Source: Lepidodermella squamata (taxonomy: Eukaryota; Animalia; Gastrotricha). Taken from it: a stretch of 64,000 nucleotides of DNA. Of this stretch, positions 22,515-35,216 are shown piece after piece; position 1 is the first letter of the stretch, and each line of letters opens with the position of its first letter. The stretch is taken from assembly GCA_047495785.1 (NCBI GenBank), contig JBLDXI010000033.1:1984001-2048000 (forward strand). The letters are read 5' to 3'. The position numbers and the translations under genes were made by a program. The notes under the pieces are model-generated. The model made no database searches, had not been told where the DNA came from, and was given only the letters and a program-made list of their open reading frames with translations.

Positions 22515-23359
22515 ATTTTTTAATATGTTGAAACCTTGTTCTTGTCTCATGGTTTGTGATCGATGACCAAAATAATTTTCAAATTTTCTTTGATCTTTGC
22601 TAATAAAAAAGACGAACGGTTTTGATGATGTGGTAGTTTTTCATGGAGCGGTGCGAGCTGGCGCCTATCTTCGCCTGGAAAAATAAGAGGAAAAAGTAAG
22701 GGAGAAGAGGCAGAAAAGCGCCAACATGACAGGTGAAAGTTATTTGCATCAAGGCTTCTAAACTCGGTACTCGGTAAGTCATTTTTATCGAGGCGGTTAA
22801 TAGGGCATTCATCAGCTTATGTTGAGATGCGGATGTCTAACTGAGTGACCCACAGGATTTGAATATGAATGCGCAGCAAAAAAATCAAAGGCCAAGCTGA
22901 GCCACGATGCCGTCTTTAGATGCGCCTATTCACCTGTAAATAATGCATTCGATATCGTATGTATTTTGTGAATACAGCGGCTGGCATGGCGATTTTACTC
23001 AAAATAAGTCCACCCACTGCGCTTATATAAAAATACCGCCGTATATACCAACATGTAAGCACATAATAGTATTGGTAGTTGGGTTGATCTGGCACGACGT
23101 TGCCTTCACAAGTTTGCCAAGGCCGTAATGCATCCATGGTAGTAGAGGACAGAGCTACGACTCGTTTTTAATAATCAATTCCGATAATTTAGTCGCTTAC
23201 AGCCAACTTCTGTGTTTATTCAAGGGTAAAAGCGGTGATCGGATGTAGAGTGTTTGATTTCCTATCGATTTCTTCCAGCAGCCTAAACATAATTTTTTTA
23301 TCATAACAATATATGTTCCCACATTACATTTTTTCAAACAAATACAGACGCTTTTGAAA

Positions 23360-24949
23360 ATGAATACTCATAAAAAGTCTGGTTCCAAAAGTACAAATGC
23401 GGCTGGCAAAGCCTCTCCGACGTGCCCAAAACTGCCGTTCAAATTAATTCAATTGGAGAGCAACGTTACAAAGGAAGATGTGGACTCTAAACCGGCGTTC
23501 GATGACATGATATTAATGTCCGAGTATTGCTTACGCGCCCTGGAGAACAGTGCCAGCGAACCAACGACGGCCTTTCTTACAGAACTATTAGCGGGATGCT
23601 CTCACGTAAATAGATCCGGGCAGACCTCAACTTGCGGCTACGTTTCTTTCCCACATGTCATTTGTTCTTTTGACCGGTTTTGGCTTGGAATCGAGAAGAT
23701 GGATCACTTCAAATGGCCACTAAATAAAGTATCAGACTTCAGCACTGTTCTCTTGCATTTCATCAATAATTTTCCTCTTGGTAGGTTATGTGATCATTAT
23801 TTCTCTTGCGAATACCTGTTGTATTTTTGCAGGATTTCTCCTTAAAACCCACACCGAGTCTTTAGCCATCGCTGTAATTCGCTCTGGTTATTTACTTATG
23901 GATACAAAACCGCGAGATTATGCCAAGGGACCACATATTCTCGTTATTCAAACTATGACATCGTTGATAGATCACATTAAACGACTCTGGTTGAACGTAG
24001 ATCTTGCAACGCAATCAAACGCAGAGGATGAGCGAGACGTTTTGAGCACCCTGGAGATAACTGTGATCCGTAGAACGAACACACGATTCGATGAGCTGCC
24101 CAATTTACCGCAAACAACCCCTGCTCCATCTCAGGAAACGAGTGCAAGTGTAGCCATGCCCCCGCCTTATACTGAACCTGAGAATGGAGATGATGATGGC
24201 GTTAAGGAAAATCATGTGACTATACCACCTTTGCCTGTGTTGGAGAACAATGCAGATACATCATCGAATTCTACCTCGTCAAAGTCAAAATCGACCTCAG
24301 ACTCAGAACCCAGGGTTGAACGAAGCAACATGGATAAATCAGGTAAATGTTCGACACTTGCCCCTATCACTTAATTTCAACTGATTTTTCTTCATTCTCC
24401 TTAGACAGCGAGCTTCTTCTGGAAGATAGTTCGAAGGCAGATGAGGTTTCCAGTGAGGTCCCAACATCAGCTGCAGAAGAGTCATCACGCTCGTCCAAGT
24501 CAAATGCGTCGGCAACGTCAAGCGGTGAAAGTATCATCATGTTCATGTGCTGCATATGTCATCAAAAGCAGGGTGATGAGTTTCTATTTTCACATGGCTT
24601 GTGTGAACACCAGTATGATCGGAAATGTGCGACAAAGCGTTTATTGGAGATGATCGAAGTTGGTAATATGTGTCCGTTGAATGCATTGAAATGTCCCGTC
24701 GACGGCTGCGATGCGGAGCTTGCTTTGGAACAGGCTGAAACCGTGTTAGAGCCTTTGGAAAGACGCCAATTGCGCAAGCTGTTATTGGATTCGGGTTCGA
24801 TTCGAAAAACAATGTGCCCTGATCCGTCCTGTGGGGGTGTGCGATTCTTGAAGCCAAATGCACCGTTCAGTTGCCCAGAATGCGGCAACAATTTTGGCTG
24901 TTTAACGGATTCGGCTAGTTTACTCAAGACAAGTCAATATTCTTCTTAA
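23360..24949 (+). CDS. Protein with N-terminal alpha/beta (possibly SEFIR/TIR-like) domain, S/T/P-rich linker and C-terminal RING1 + partial IBR
   Basis: Three ORFs joined by phase-compatible ~50-60 bp introns. RING: CCIC..CEHQYDRKC..CPVDGC. IBR half: CPDPSC..CPECGNNFGC. Confidence 0.6.
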
Positions 24950-26609
24950 CTTTCCTAACTAAATCTGTTTTAGTGGCATATTAATAGCCAGCACGGTTAA
25001 TAATGAAATACTCTAGCAATTTATGCAAATAATACGTTTGATTAATAGAAGAAACCGTTTTCACTTTTTTAATTTCCACCTTTCTAAGCAACTGGTTATC
25101 TCGACGTATAAGAGCTACCTCATTCATGCATTTCTCTGTATAAAAATATTTTGCTATTCGGTGGTATTGTGATAATAAAACATAGGTAAGCGTTTGATGT
25201 ATCTCGGAATTGAAACCTACCAAGAACTGAGTTTTCAATTTAAGCTACAATTATTAGAAGCTTGATGGACAATATTCTTTCATCACGTGACCTTCGAAGC
25301 AGCAACTGTAATCGGGGCGAAGCTAAATGTGACGTTTTACAGTAAGGCTTGTACCGCCTAACTGTCCTCCATTCGTGTCTTTCGAGAGTCATCACTGAAG
25401 TCTCCGCGTAATATTCGGAAATTTCTTTATTTAAAGTGCACTGGTCAAAATCCCAATCTGTAAACTGATTGAATGCCGGAAGGGCTGTTAGGCGTAAGTT
25501 TTTTAAACATGTGTTGAAAATATTATAAGGTTTCTGTATAGTGCCGGAAACAATAACGCCGTTGTTATTTGTAGTTTCCGTTAAATTATGTCAGCACTGG
25601 CATTTGCGGGATACTTCAAGTCATTCTTTCAGTGAGAAGCCAATCACCTAATCAATCTTGGAGAGAAGGTAATCTAGAGGGCCAAGGCCTAAGAAACTAC
25701 TAGGTACTAAGCTTCGCACTAAAAACACCGATGCGAATAGACAAAATCTTCTCGCGCTATTCTTTACTCTTTAATTTCGCCACATAATTAATAAGACTAC
25801 AGACTTCCAACAGCATCGTGTGACACCAAATACAATAGGCATACAATATCAAGGAATATAAATGACAATTTCTTGCCTCATAATATCCTTGCAAAAATAT
25901 CAATGCAGACGCTCGATGATGTACAATTGCGCTTTTGCAAGGCATCCAGCTATAAAATATAAAAGCTAGGTCCGATTTTCATGATGAGAAGGCAAATGAT
26001 GACATGCGTGTGAGAAAATAAGCGCGTGAAAGCGTCGCCAACTATCACACCAGCCGAGTCGACAAGTATGCAAATTAATCAACTCAATGAAAATTACGGA
26101 ATTACAATATCCAAGTTGCAATATTCTAAACGAGAAGTGCCAGTTACAATGAGATAAATTTGAAGATTCAAATGCGTTTGCCATCAGCATTCTAACAAAT
26201 CAAAATATTTAAGGGTGTTTCACAGTAGGCACAATTTATCACATCGCTTCTTCCATTTTCGCGGCCCGAAATCTGCTATAAATCACCGTACTCAGCATTA
26301 AATTGGTCGCAAAGCGAAGAAAAGACGTGCAAATAATTCTAAAAAATACGTCATCATTTCACTAAAATTTGATATAAAACCACAACTCAGCGCATTTTCA
26401 AAAATATCGCATGCAAAAGTTGCATAAGCAGGAAGAGATCACAAAATCATTAGCAAAGCCACAGAACAACACAGTCGCAAAGGGAAAATAAACAGCATTT
26501 TCAGTACGGATCGCATCTATATCAATATCATTTTTTACATTGGTAAGTGTAAACAATTATATGAAATTTATGAAAAACTGCCACTTTCTAATTGAACGGC
26601 CATGAAAAT

Positions 26610-29460
26610 TCAGTAGTGACCCCTAAGACTCAGTGATCGCAGGTAGCTGTCGATATTTACAAGCCCCGAGTGAGTAGATGAGACGTTGATCGCTTCCTCC
26701 ACATCTGGCTCGTATAGTCCGAGTTCGTATACTCGATTGTACTCATTTGTTATCCATCTAACATCGTCAGGAGGCAAATGGCCTACGTATTTAGAGTCGA
26801 CGGTGTAGAGAGCTTTCGAGAGGCGCATAAACCGGTCGAACCACGCGCGAGCAGCATCTGAAGACGGCGAAGTTACGCCCAAAGTTCTGGGAGAAATTCT
26901 ACCTTTCTGCATGCTCTCATTGGGAACTATTGATGCTGGTTGCTGTTGCGGCTTCGTCGGCTGGTTTAAAGATTCTCGTAAACCTTCGGACGACCGATGA
27001 TCCCGTGGTGGAACCCTAGGCTCAGGATCGAGTCCGGCAGTACTAGGCAGCGCTGCTTCTACGTATTTCACGAACTTCCTCCAATCATATTGATCCCACC
27101 TGAAATTAATTGATTGCAATAGCTTGAGTCATGTATTCTAATCTTCAAGATTTACCTAGTGTAACACAGGTCCAACAAAGCATTGATAACCGAATTCGTC
27201 ACTCGTAAATTTTGACGATAAGCTACTGTTTTTATGTCATCGACTGTCATGGTTCCCTTCTTTTCGCGATCCCATAGATAAAATGCGTCAACCAAGCGGT
27301 TGAAGTCTTCGCGAGTGTAGTCTTTGAGTGCCTCGTGCAAAATCGAAAGCAACTTTGCCTGGTTCCCTTCAACTTCGAGTCTAGATTTGCATAATTGGTT
27401 ATTGTTATCAGAATATAGGTGTGTTAAATACCTTCTTCTTTCTTGCAAAGGCGACTCGGCTCTCTGATTTGTCTGGTGAGCCCTTGTTGAATTGTTGTTG
27501 AATGTTGCCGGATGATCTATTGTTTGGTGTGCTGGTGGAGGATATTCGTCCTGATAGATGTGAGAATCTTTTAATTAGGTATGCATCAACAAACTAAAGC
27601 AAGTCACGATAACATAAAATAGTGTATTTCGAAGTGCGAATGAATAAAATGTGAATTTGTGACCGATTGCATAATTTCTCTAGTAATTTCTTGGTAAACA
27701 ACAAATTAAATCAACGCGTGACATACATATCGACCGCGGCCTCCCCAATACTTGTGAAAAAATATGTTAACCCCGCATTGACTAATAACCATCATGCAAG
27801 ACAATTATAGATCAAACTAGCAAACCTGTCTTTGATTATGAGCTGTTTTCAGACCAGTCGATCGTGGAGATTGATTCCAGCCTTCGTGGGGCTCAACGTG
27901 AGGGTCTAATTGATGTCCCCCTCTTTCTTGAGCCCGGCGACTCATATAGCTAAAACACGAGGTTCATTTCAATGTTATCATGCTTAAATAAATAATCCCT
28001 TACTTTTCTGTGGGCGCTTGCTGTCCTGGGTAATTGGAGTAATTGGAAGAATTATCAGACCTCAGAGCGGCGCCAATAAATGACAAAATCTTTTCGTAAT
28101 TGACAAAGTTTGGGGTCGAAGGAACCACGAACATCGCAGCGACAAGTCGCATTAGTGCTGGGTCGCATCTCAACTAATATCAAAAATCAGCGACAAATGT
28201 GTGACAAATGTTGAAATCAAGAAATTAACCTGATGTTTCCGTGCGGCAAATACGAAGTCGTCAAAATGTATGAGGCCAGACAACCTGGGAAAATGATTAT
28301 GGTGAAATGAGATCATATATTTCAAGATTGAATTAATACTTTCTATCGAAAGTCGTCATCTCAACATATATGTCTTTCAGGCGTTGAGTGACATATCCTT
28401 GAAGTTCTTGGTGTAATCGTTGCATTAAGAATGAAACTTCAGAAGGAGCGAATCTGATCGGCTCGCTCGGTAATCTGGCACCGGGCAATTTTCTCGTTAA
28501 TTCCTGCATCATGACATCATTTTGGCCGCGCAATTGATAATCGTCATTAGCATGGCTAAAAATTGCGGAATTACTAGACCTCGAAATATGATGAAACTTG
28601 GAGGTAATACCTCAGGTAGTCACTCCGAACAGGGGGTAGAACACTGAAAGGATGTAATGGGTCGTTTTGCGGTTTCGAGACGTGGTTTAGCGCATCATAC
28701 GGCTATTTTGGATATTTGAATAGAAAAATAGGAACTTGATAGATTTGTATAAGTTTACGTCATGTCTCGGACTACGAAAAGCAGGATCTTCTTGCGCAAA
28801 AGGCGGCTGAACTTGGGATGGCCAAATATGATTTGGTTTCTCAGGTAGCGTACGGCTACGGGTTTCTATATATTCTCTGGAAGAGCAAATAAAAATTAGC
28901 ACCACGGCTACCTAGTCTTCTGAAAAATACCTTCCCGTAAGGGGCTGAGGGTACACGTTATCTTCGACAACAGGCATCAGCTTGCTACCAACGATGCGAT
29001 ATCGCAACTTCGACGTGTGGGAAGTCCCGTAAGGCGAATTTTTAATCGTAAAGTCACGATCGGCAACGGCCATGTGCCCGTAATCTTCTTGATTCTTCAA
29101 AAGAAAGTTTTTACGAACAATTAATTATGATGAATTAAGATGCAACAATATACAACAATTATCATAGCACTAGATGAACAAGAGAAATGATAACAGTTAG
29201 AAAATTGATACTCTTGTGAATAGTAAGAAAGTAAACAAAATCCGTCGAAGTAGAATCTTACCAATTGTAAGAGTGCTTTGATAGAAATATAAGGCGTCAT
29301 TGCAACATTCAAGTTATTTAGCAAAAGGCCGGGTTCAATTTAATCATCAATTTTCAAAGTTGTTCACTATCTGAATTCGGCTACTTTGGATATCATATAG
29401 ATTTTGCGAACTTGAGAATAAAAACAATCAATTACTTACCTCACGTTGCTTTAACGGCAT
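26610..29460 (-). CDS. C1orf87-like EF-hand-containing protein, many exons
   Basis: RIVGSK resembles C1orf87 KIIGSK; EF-hand-like FDRK and WDREKKGTMTVDD; C-terminal AWFDRFMRLSKALYTVD...ITNEYNRVYELGL resembles C1orf87 WLDRFRKLENALYLCD..IQNYNLIYNLSL. The start at 29460 (MPLKQRE|gtaag) is tentative. Confidence 0.75.
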
Positions 29461-30290
29461 GTTACTTCTTAAACATTTACATCCTATCTAATGAGAAGAA
29501 AATATATTTCATCAAATTGACATTGATTGGGATATCAATAAGATTGTTTTATCGGTGTTTAAAACAACTCGGAAAGTAGATAAGACTATGTTAAACAGGA
29601 CCGGATGAACAAGTGACAAGGAAGCAACGACAACAGATGACTTTGAAAAGGGAAAACTATAGACGCACGTTGTCAAGTAATTTTTTGTATTAAATTTTAT
29701 GATAATTTTACAATATAATTAGTATTATTCAATATACAGAAAAATATGTCAATACCAAAATATGACTGCTGTTTCTTTTTTAAGGAAGGATCCTGGGTCA
29801 CGTTGATATCTGGGGGTGCGCCAAAAACACCGGCTATTGTAGGCGCTTGGCACACTTGGCGCCTTGCCGCAAACCGCAAAATATATTCAAATATATCCCG
29901 AAAATGAAAAAATCGTAAAAATGTACCTTGTTGTTTGCAACTGCCGCGGTGGTGCTATTATTTATTTTAGTATAATACCTATGCCTCGTTATAATAATGA
30001 GTTTGGAAATAATCAAGAGTGTTAATTGTTAATTGTTCCGAAATGTATCATTTCTAAACATTACGAATAAGTCGGAGAATTTAAAAGTCTATAGTAGCAC
30101 CTCTTGTTGACTCAAGTTTCAACAATTGTTTCGTTTTTCTTCAGCGCTTAGCGCCTTCTGCTCTTTTCTCTTACTTTGATCTACGATTTACCCTATAATA
30201 AATTGAACTATTTGGTTAACTTGGTGATTTCAAGCTATTTACGAATGCTAAATAATGCTTATCTATAATTTTCAATAGGATTGATTCGCT

Positions 30291-32407
30291 ATGAGAGATC
30301 GCGTACTCTGTTTGCTGGTTTTCTACGGCGGAGGTATATTCTTGCTTGTCTTAAAGACCTGAAGAGTCATTTTATATTTTTTAGTGGCTGTTGTCTGGTC
30401 TCAATTTCCGTTACCAACAATGTTTCCCCCACAGCAAAACAACAACGCTAATTCAAACGTTAATAATGCTAATAGCAACAACAATAACCAGAACAACATT
30501 AACAACAACAACAACAACAACATGAACATCAACACATTTGCTCCACCGCGCGCTAACTTCACCACAACTGCTCGGGCACCGATGGCTACTGTCATCAGAC
30601 AATCGCCGTTTTTTCAACAATACCGCAGTCCCCAAGATTCCGGCTTTATACAATACCACCACCCGCCCAACTACGGGCTAGATCCCACGTCGAAGCCACC
30701 TGCGGGATTCACTATTTCGCCAGCTGAGTTTGACCAAGGTGTTGAGCTACCGACGATCGTCAATGATATCATTGTCTATCCTCCTGTTTTAAAAATGGGA
30801 CTTACTGCTAGTCTGAAATGCTACGTTGCCAACAAAGGTCCAGCCTTTGTGTACTGGATGAAGTCCAGCGCCATGTCTGCGATTAGTGTAGATAATCGCA
30901 TAGTAGTCGACGAAGATAAACGTTTGGTTGATGGAATAGACAAATATGTTATGAATCACTATAAAGAGGGGGACAAGGATGTCTTCGAGCTCCTCATCAA
31001 TAGGCTTCAGGTAATTCTTCAAAATTAAGTTTTATGGCCAAAATATGGTTTCTGGAATTTTAAGCTCATTGACAACGGCAATTACACCTGCTCACTCTAC
31101 ATAAGTGGTGGAATCAACACTCGCAGCTTACCCTCTAAAACGATGGCGTTGGTCGTAGTGGTTCCGCCTCGAATTGATACGGCTCGAACCTTGTCAGTTT
31201 ACAATGGCGCGCTCAACAGATCTGCTCGAATGGAATGTTATGCCGACGGCATTCCGATGCCAAACATTACCTGGGAACGCATGAATGGTCAGCGTTTCAA
31301 AAATGGTCAACAAACCGTGCGAGGAAATGTCCTTTTGATTTCACCTGTTCAACGAGATGACGTCGGTCTCTACCGATGCGCCGCCCGAAATAACGTCTGA
31401 CATAGCCAACTAAATTATTCGCTTTATTACCGTGTATTTTGTCTCAGGTCGACCCAGATGATCCTTTGACAGCTCAATTCGATATTCGATTTAACGTGTT
31501 GTATCCTCCGGAAAGCTACGCTTTGCAAACTTACGTCGGACAGGCCCAAAACAAGCATTATCCTGCATATTTAGGCACTGGACGCAACATTTTATTTCTC
31601 GGCTATTTTTATTTGTATTTTTCTGTTAGACTGCGTCGTTGGTGGTAATCCACAAGCTGAGTTATATTGGATGAAAGTTCGGCTGCGCAATGACACAGCA
31701 GTATATACATCCGTCAGTGATTTTGGAACCGTTCTCGTTTACAAAGCCTAATACGCCTATAAATAACATTCAGCAAACCATTTAACTCGATTTAACTTCT
31801 CTTCATGCACACAAAAATTGCTAAAATTTCTAGCTTCAAATTATTCAGGCGTCAACAAAAACTAATGAGCTTTGTAAACCATGGGCGCACGCTGTCTAAA
31901 ATCACGGCTTTCACGATTCCCTTGAAATTCGCTAAACTGTGCTATTTTTCAGAATTTTCAAGTCGACGTGGGAAGCAACGAGCTGTTAAAAGGCTCACCT
32001 TGCGATCGCGACTGGGTGGTAGAACGCCGAATTTTGCAATCTGATATTTATCAAATTACCATTTCGCAACATGGCATCGAGTTCAACATCAACCAAGTTT
32101 TCTTCCGCCTGCGCATCGATAACGGTAGGCTTGTTGCCTCAATTATGTCACTTCAGAATTTACATATAACCTTGCAGTTCGTGGCTTGGACTACGGCGAT
32201 TATTTATGCGTCGGCCGAAATGATATCGGAGCATCATGTTCGCATATTGTGTTATATGAAACTGCCGACTGTCAAACGAAAGAATGCCCTGATCTTAGCC
32301 GGCAATATGCTCCTCAAGGCGGATATCCTGATAACGCAATCTCTGTTAGCTCCAGTTCTATGTGGCTCGTGGTTCTTTTCTGCATTTCTTCATCACTCCA
32401 GTTTTAA
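30291..32407 (+). CDS. Lachesin/IgLON/DIP-like 3-Ig cell-surface protein, paralog 1 (poly-Asn N-terminal extension), 7 exons
   Basis: Signal MRDRVLCLLVFYGG|VAVVWS; Ig motifs ASLKC..W, DNGNYTC, MECYADGIPMPNITW, DVGLYRC, DYGDYLC; hydrophobic C-terminus (GPI-like). Confidence 0.85.
30436..30535 (+). repeat. (AAC/AAT)n coding repeat encoding a poly-Asn tract
   Basis: Encodes NNNANSNVNNANSNNNNQNNINNNNNNNMNIN. Confidence 0.9.
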
Positions 32408-32736
32408 ATTTCAAATGCATATATTTTGATATAGCGAGAGATTTGTATTTTGGATCCAAGATCGACTAGCAACATTGCTCTTTGTTTAGCTGATTTTAAT
32501 TTGCCTTCAGTTATTTTCCCTGCTTCTTCGCTTCGCACAAATTAATTTGTTGATGTAGAAAATCTGCTGCCCCTTCAATTTCATGTGAAAGACGATGATA
32601 ATGAGCTTTTTGGTTTAAGCACCCTGGTGATTCTTTAACATCATCAAATCACCCATAAATTTCCATTTATATTTTCCTATAAATGAAGTAGTGCATCAAA
32701 ATGCAAAATTTATGCTTTTTACTCATCTCGTGAGAG

Positions 32737-32964
32737 TGTTGCAAATTTGAGATTTGGAATACATTATACCTTCAAACACAACCTTTTGGATAAGAATGAG
32801 CGAAGCTTTAGGAAATAGGTAAAATTGAGATAAACAATGTGGCACAACCAGATACTGAATTTCTCAGGAAAAGCGTTGAGGTAGTCTTCAAGGGCACAGC
32901 CAATGCGTAAAATGTGTCTGAGAAGACAAAAAATTAATGTATTCCAAATCTCAAATTTGCAACA
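32737..32964. mobile_element. MITE, 228 bp, perfect 30-bp terminal inverted repeats, TGT..ACA ends (Ginger-like)
   Basis: tgttgcaaatttgagatttggaatacatta (32737-32766) is the exact reverse complement of taatgtattccaaatctcaaatttgcaaca (32935-32964). Flanks agag / agaa match at 3 of 4 positions. Confidence 0.8.
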
Positions 32965-33122
32965 AGAAATTGTTATCTGAATCTTCTATTTCTACATTTT
33001 CATTGAAATGATAAATCTGATATTGGTTGTTACGTCTTCTTGCTACAATAAGCAAACAGTCACTTCAATAATATGTATACAGCGAAATGCTAATGAATCT
33101 GTTAATTTTTTTTAGGCGTATT

Positions 33123-34538
33123 ATGTTACCTATAGCAGTGATTATCATCGCCTCGATATGCGAGACGCTAGCGGTCGACAGTACGGGCGGCGTTCAACTG
33201 CCTCAAATCGTCAATGAGGTAATAGTTTATCCGCCTGTGTTGAAAATGGGTCAGACTGCCAGTTTGAAATGCTATGTGGCGAATAAAAACACAGCAACGC
33301 TGATGTGGGCCAAATCGAGCGCAATGTCGACTATCAGTGTCGACGATCGTATCGTAGTCGATGAAGATAAGATGTACGTAGATGGAATCGAGAAGTGAGT
33401 TACTGTCTGTTTTAGAAACGGCAATAGCTATGATGTTTTGTGTTTCAGATTTCGAGTGAACCACTTCCAAGAGGGAAATGTTGATGTTTTTGAATTGGTT
33501 ATTCATCGCCTCCAGTTAACTGATTCGGGAAATTATACCTGCTCAGTGTACATCAGTGGTGGCCAGCATCAGTTTGGCGCACTGCCGCAGAGAACTTCTG
33601 AATTGGTCGTCGTAGTTCCGCCTCGAATTGACAGGGCTCGGACTTTGTCGGTGGTGAATGGGGTTATAGGCGGAGTCGGAGTGATGCGCTGCTACGCCGA
33701 TGGTATCCCGGCTCCAAACATAACGTGGGAACGATTGAACGGTGTCCGCTTCAAAGACGGCAATCAAATTGTTAGATCCAACGAACTTGTAATTCAAAAC
33801 GTCGACCGCAACGATCGTGGGATTTACAGATGCTCAGCGAGAAATAATGTTGACTCAGAGGATCCGCTCGAAGCTCAATACGATGTCCGCTTTAATGTTC
33901 AATATGGCGCCGAAACCATTGCGTTGGAAAAAGAAGTTGGCCAGGCTGAAAATAAGCATTACCCGGCGTATCTCGAATGCAAAGTTGGTGGCAATCCTGC
34001 TCCAGAGTTGTATTGGGTGAAGATCAAACAAACACCAACTTCTATAAGCTATAACCCAGCCGAGAACGACGTTGCTATTCAAAGTCGCCAATCTCCTCCC
34101 TCCCGCGAAACTGCCGACCTCGGGGATCATGCTTTGTTACTTGGAACGAATTGCTCGGAAAAATTTCAAGTTGAACGTCGAATTTTGTACTCTGATATTT
34201 ACCAGTTAACGATTTCTCAACACGGCTTGGAATTCGCTGAAAATGAGATGTTGCTCAAACTTCGAATAGACAATGTGAGAGGCCTTGATTATGGTTACTA
34301 CGCTTGTGTCGCCCGTAATGCCATTGGTGCTTCTTGTGACACGATTTTGCTTTTCCAAACTGCTGATTGCCAAAGTAGAGAGTGTCCTGATTTGTCGCAG
34401 CAGTACGCTCCCAGGTCTTATGCGTCTGGTGTGATGGGTGGCACGGCGTATGAAATTAACGGTGCGGTGTCTGATCACGGTTTCAAAGTAACTAGTCTTC
34501 TACTTGTGACCGTTTTATTGTTATTGCCTACCATGTGA
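33123..34538 (+). CDS. Lachesin/IgLON/DIP-like 3-Ig cell-surface protein, paralog 2, 2 coding exons
   Basis: Signal MLPIAVIIIASICETLA; close paralog of 30291-32407 (shared VYPPVLKMG.TASLKCYVANK and ERRIL.SDIYQ.TISQHG); GPI-like C-terminus. Confidence 0.9.
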
Positions 34539-35216
34539 ATTTTTATGCTTCCACGTTAACTGTTCGTGATGCTATGACAATCGTGTTGTGCTTGTTTTAT
34601 ATCATTTTTGTTTTACCTTACATGACAAAAGTTAACGCTGCGTGCGGTTGGGATGGACCATCCCACCTCCAGCGATCGCGATCGTGATCCTCCGATAATA
34701 TAGCTATGCTCGCTATGCACGTTGCAATAATTTTTACTGACGACTAGTTTTGCTCAACGACGAAAATCTAACTTCCATTAACGATTGCAACTTGTCAAAT
34801 GGTCTCATTAATCGTGGTTGTGCTTTGTTAAAGAATATTCCTGCAAACATTTTGCTTGCTTCGATAGAGATTTTACACTTTCCATTGAGAAATGATTTAA
34901 TAAATTGCGAAGCAGCTGATTTTGGTTGTTTTTTCGTCAAAAATGACAATCTTGGACTCATTCAGTTGAAATGAAAAAACTGGATCTGTTTTTCACAAGT
35001 TGACACTTTATTTCATCAACTAAGTCATTTAGGTCGTCACAATAAAATTCGTCTTTATGGCTTCGGTCGGAAGCAGAAAAAATAGTAAGGGTAAGAACAA
35101 TATTACGTGATTTCGGAAGTCATTTCCCTTTAAAAGAATGCAATTCACGAAACACCTCGTAGTTAAGTAATTACAATATTAACATTTATCAAAACCGGAC
35201 GTCTCGCTATTTAAGG

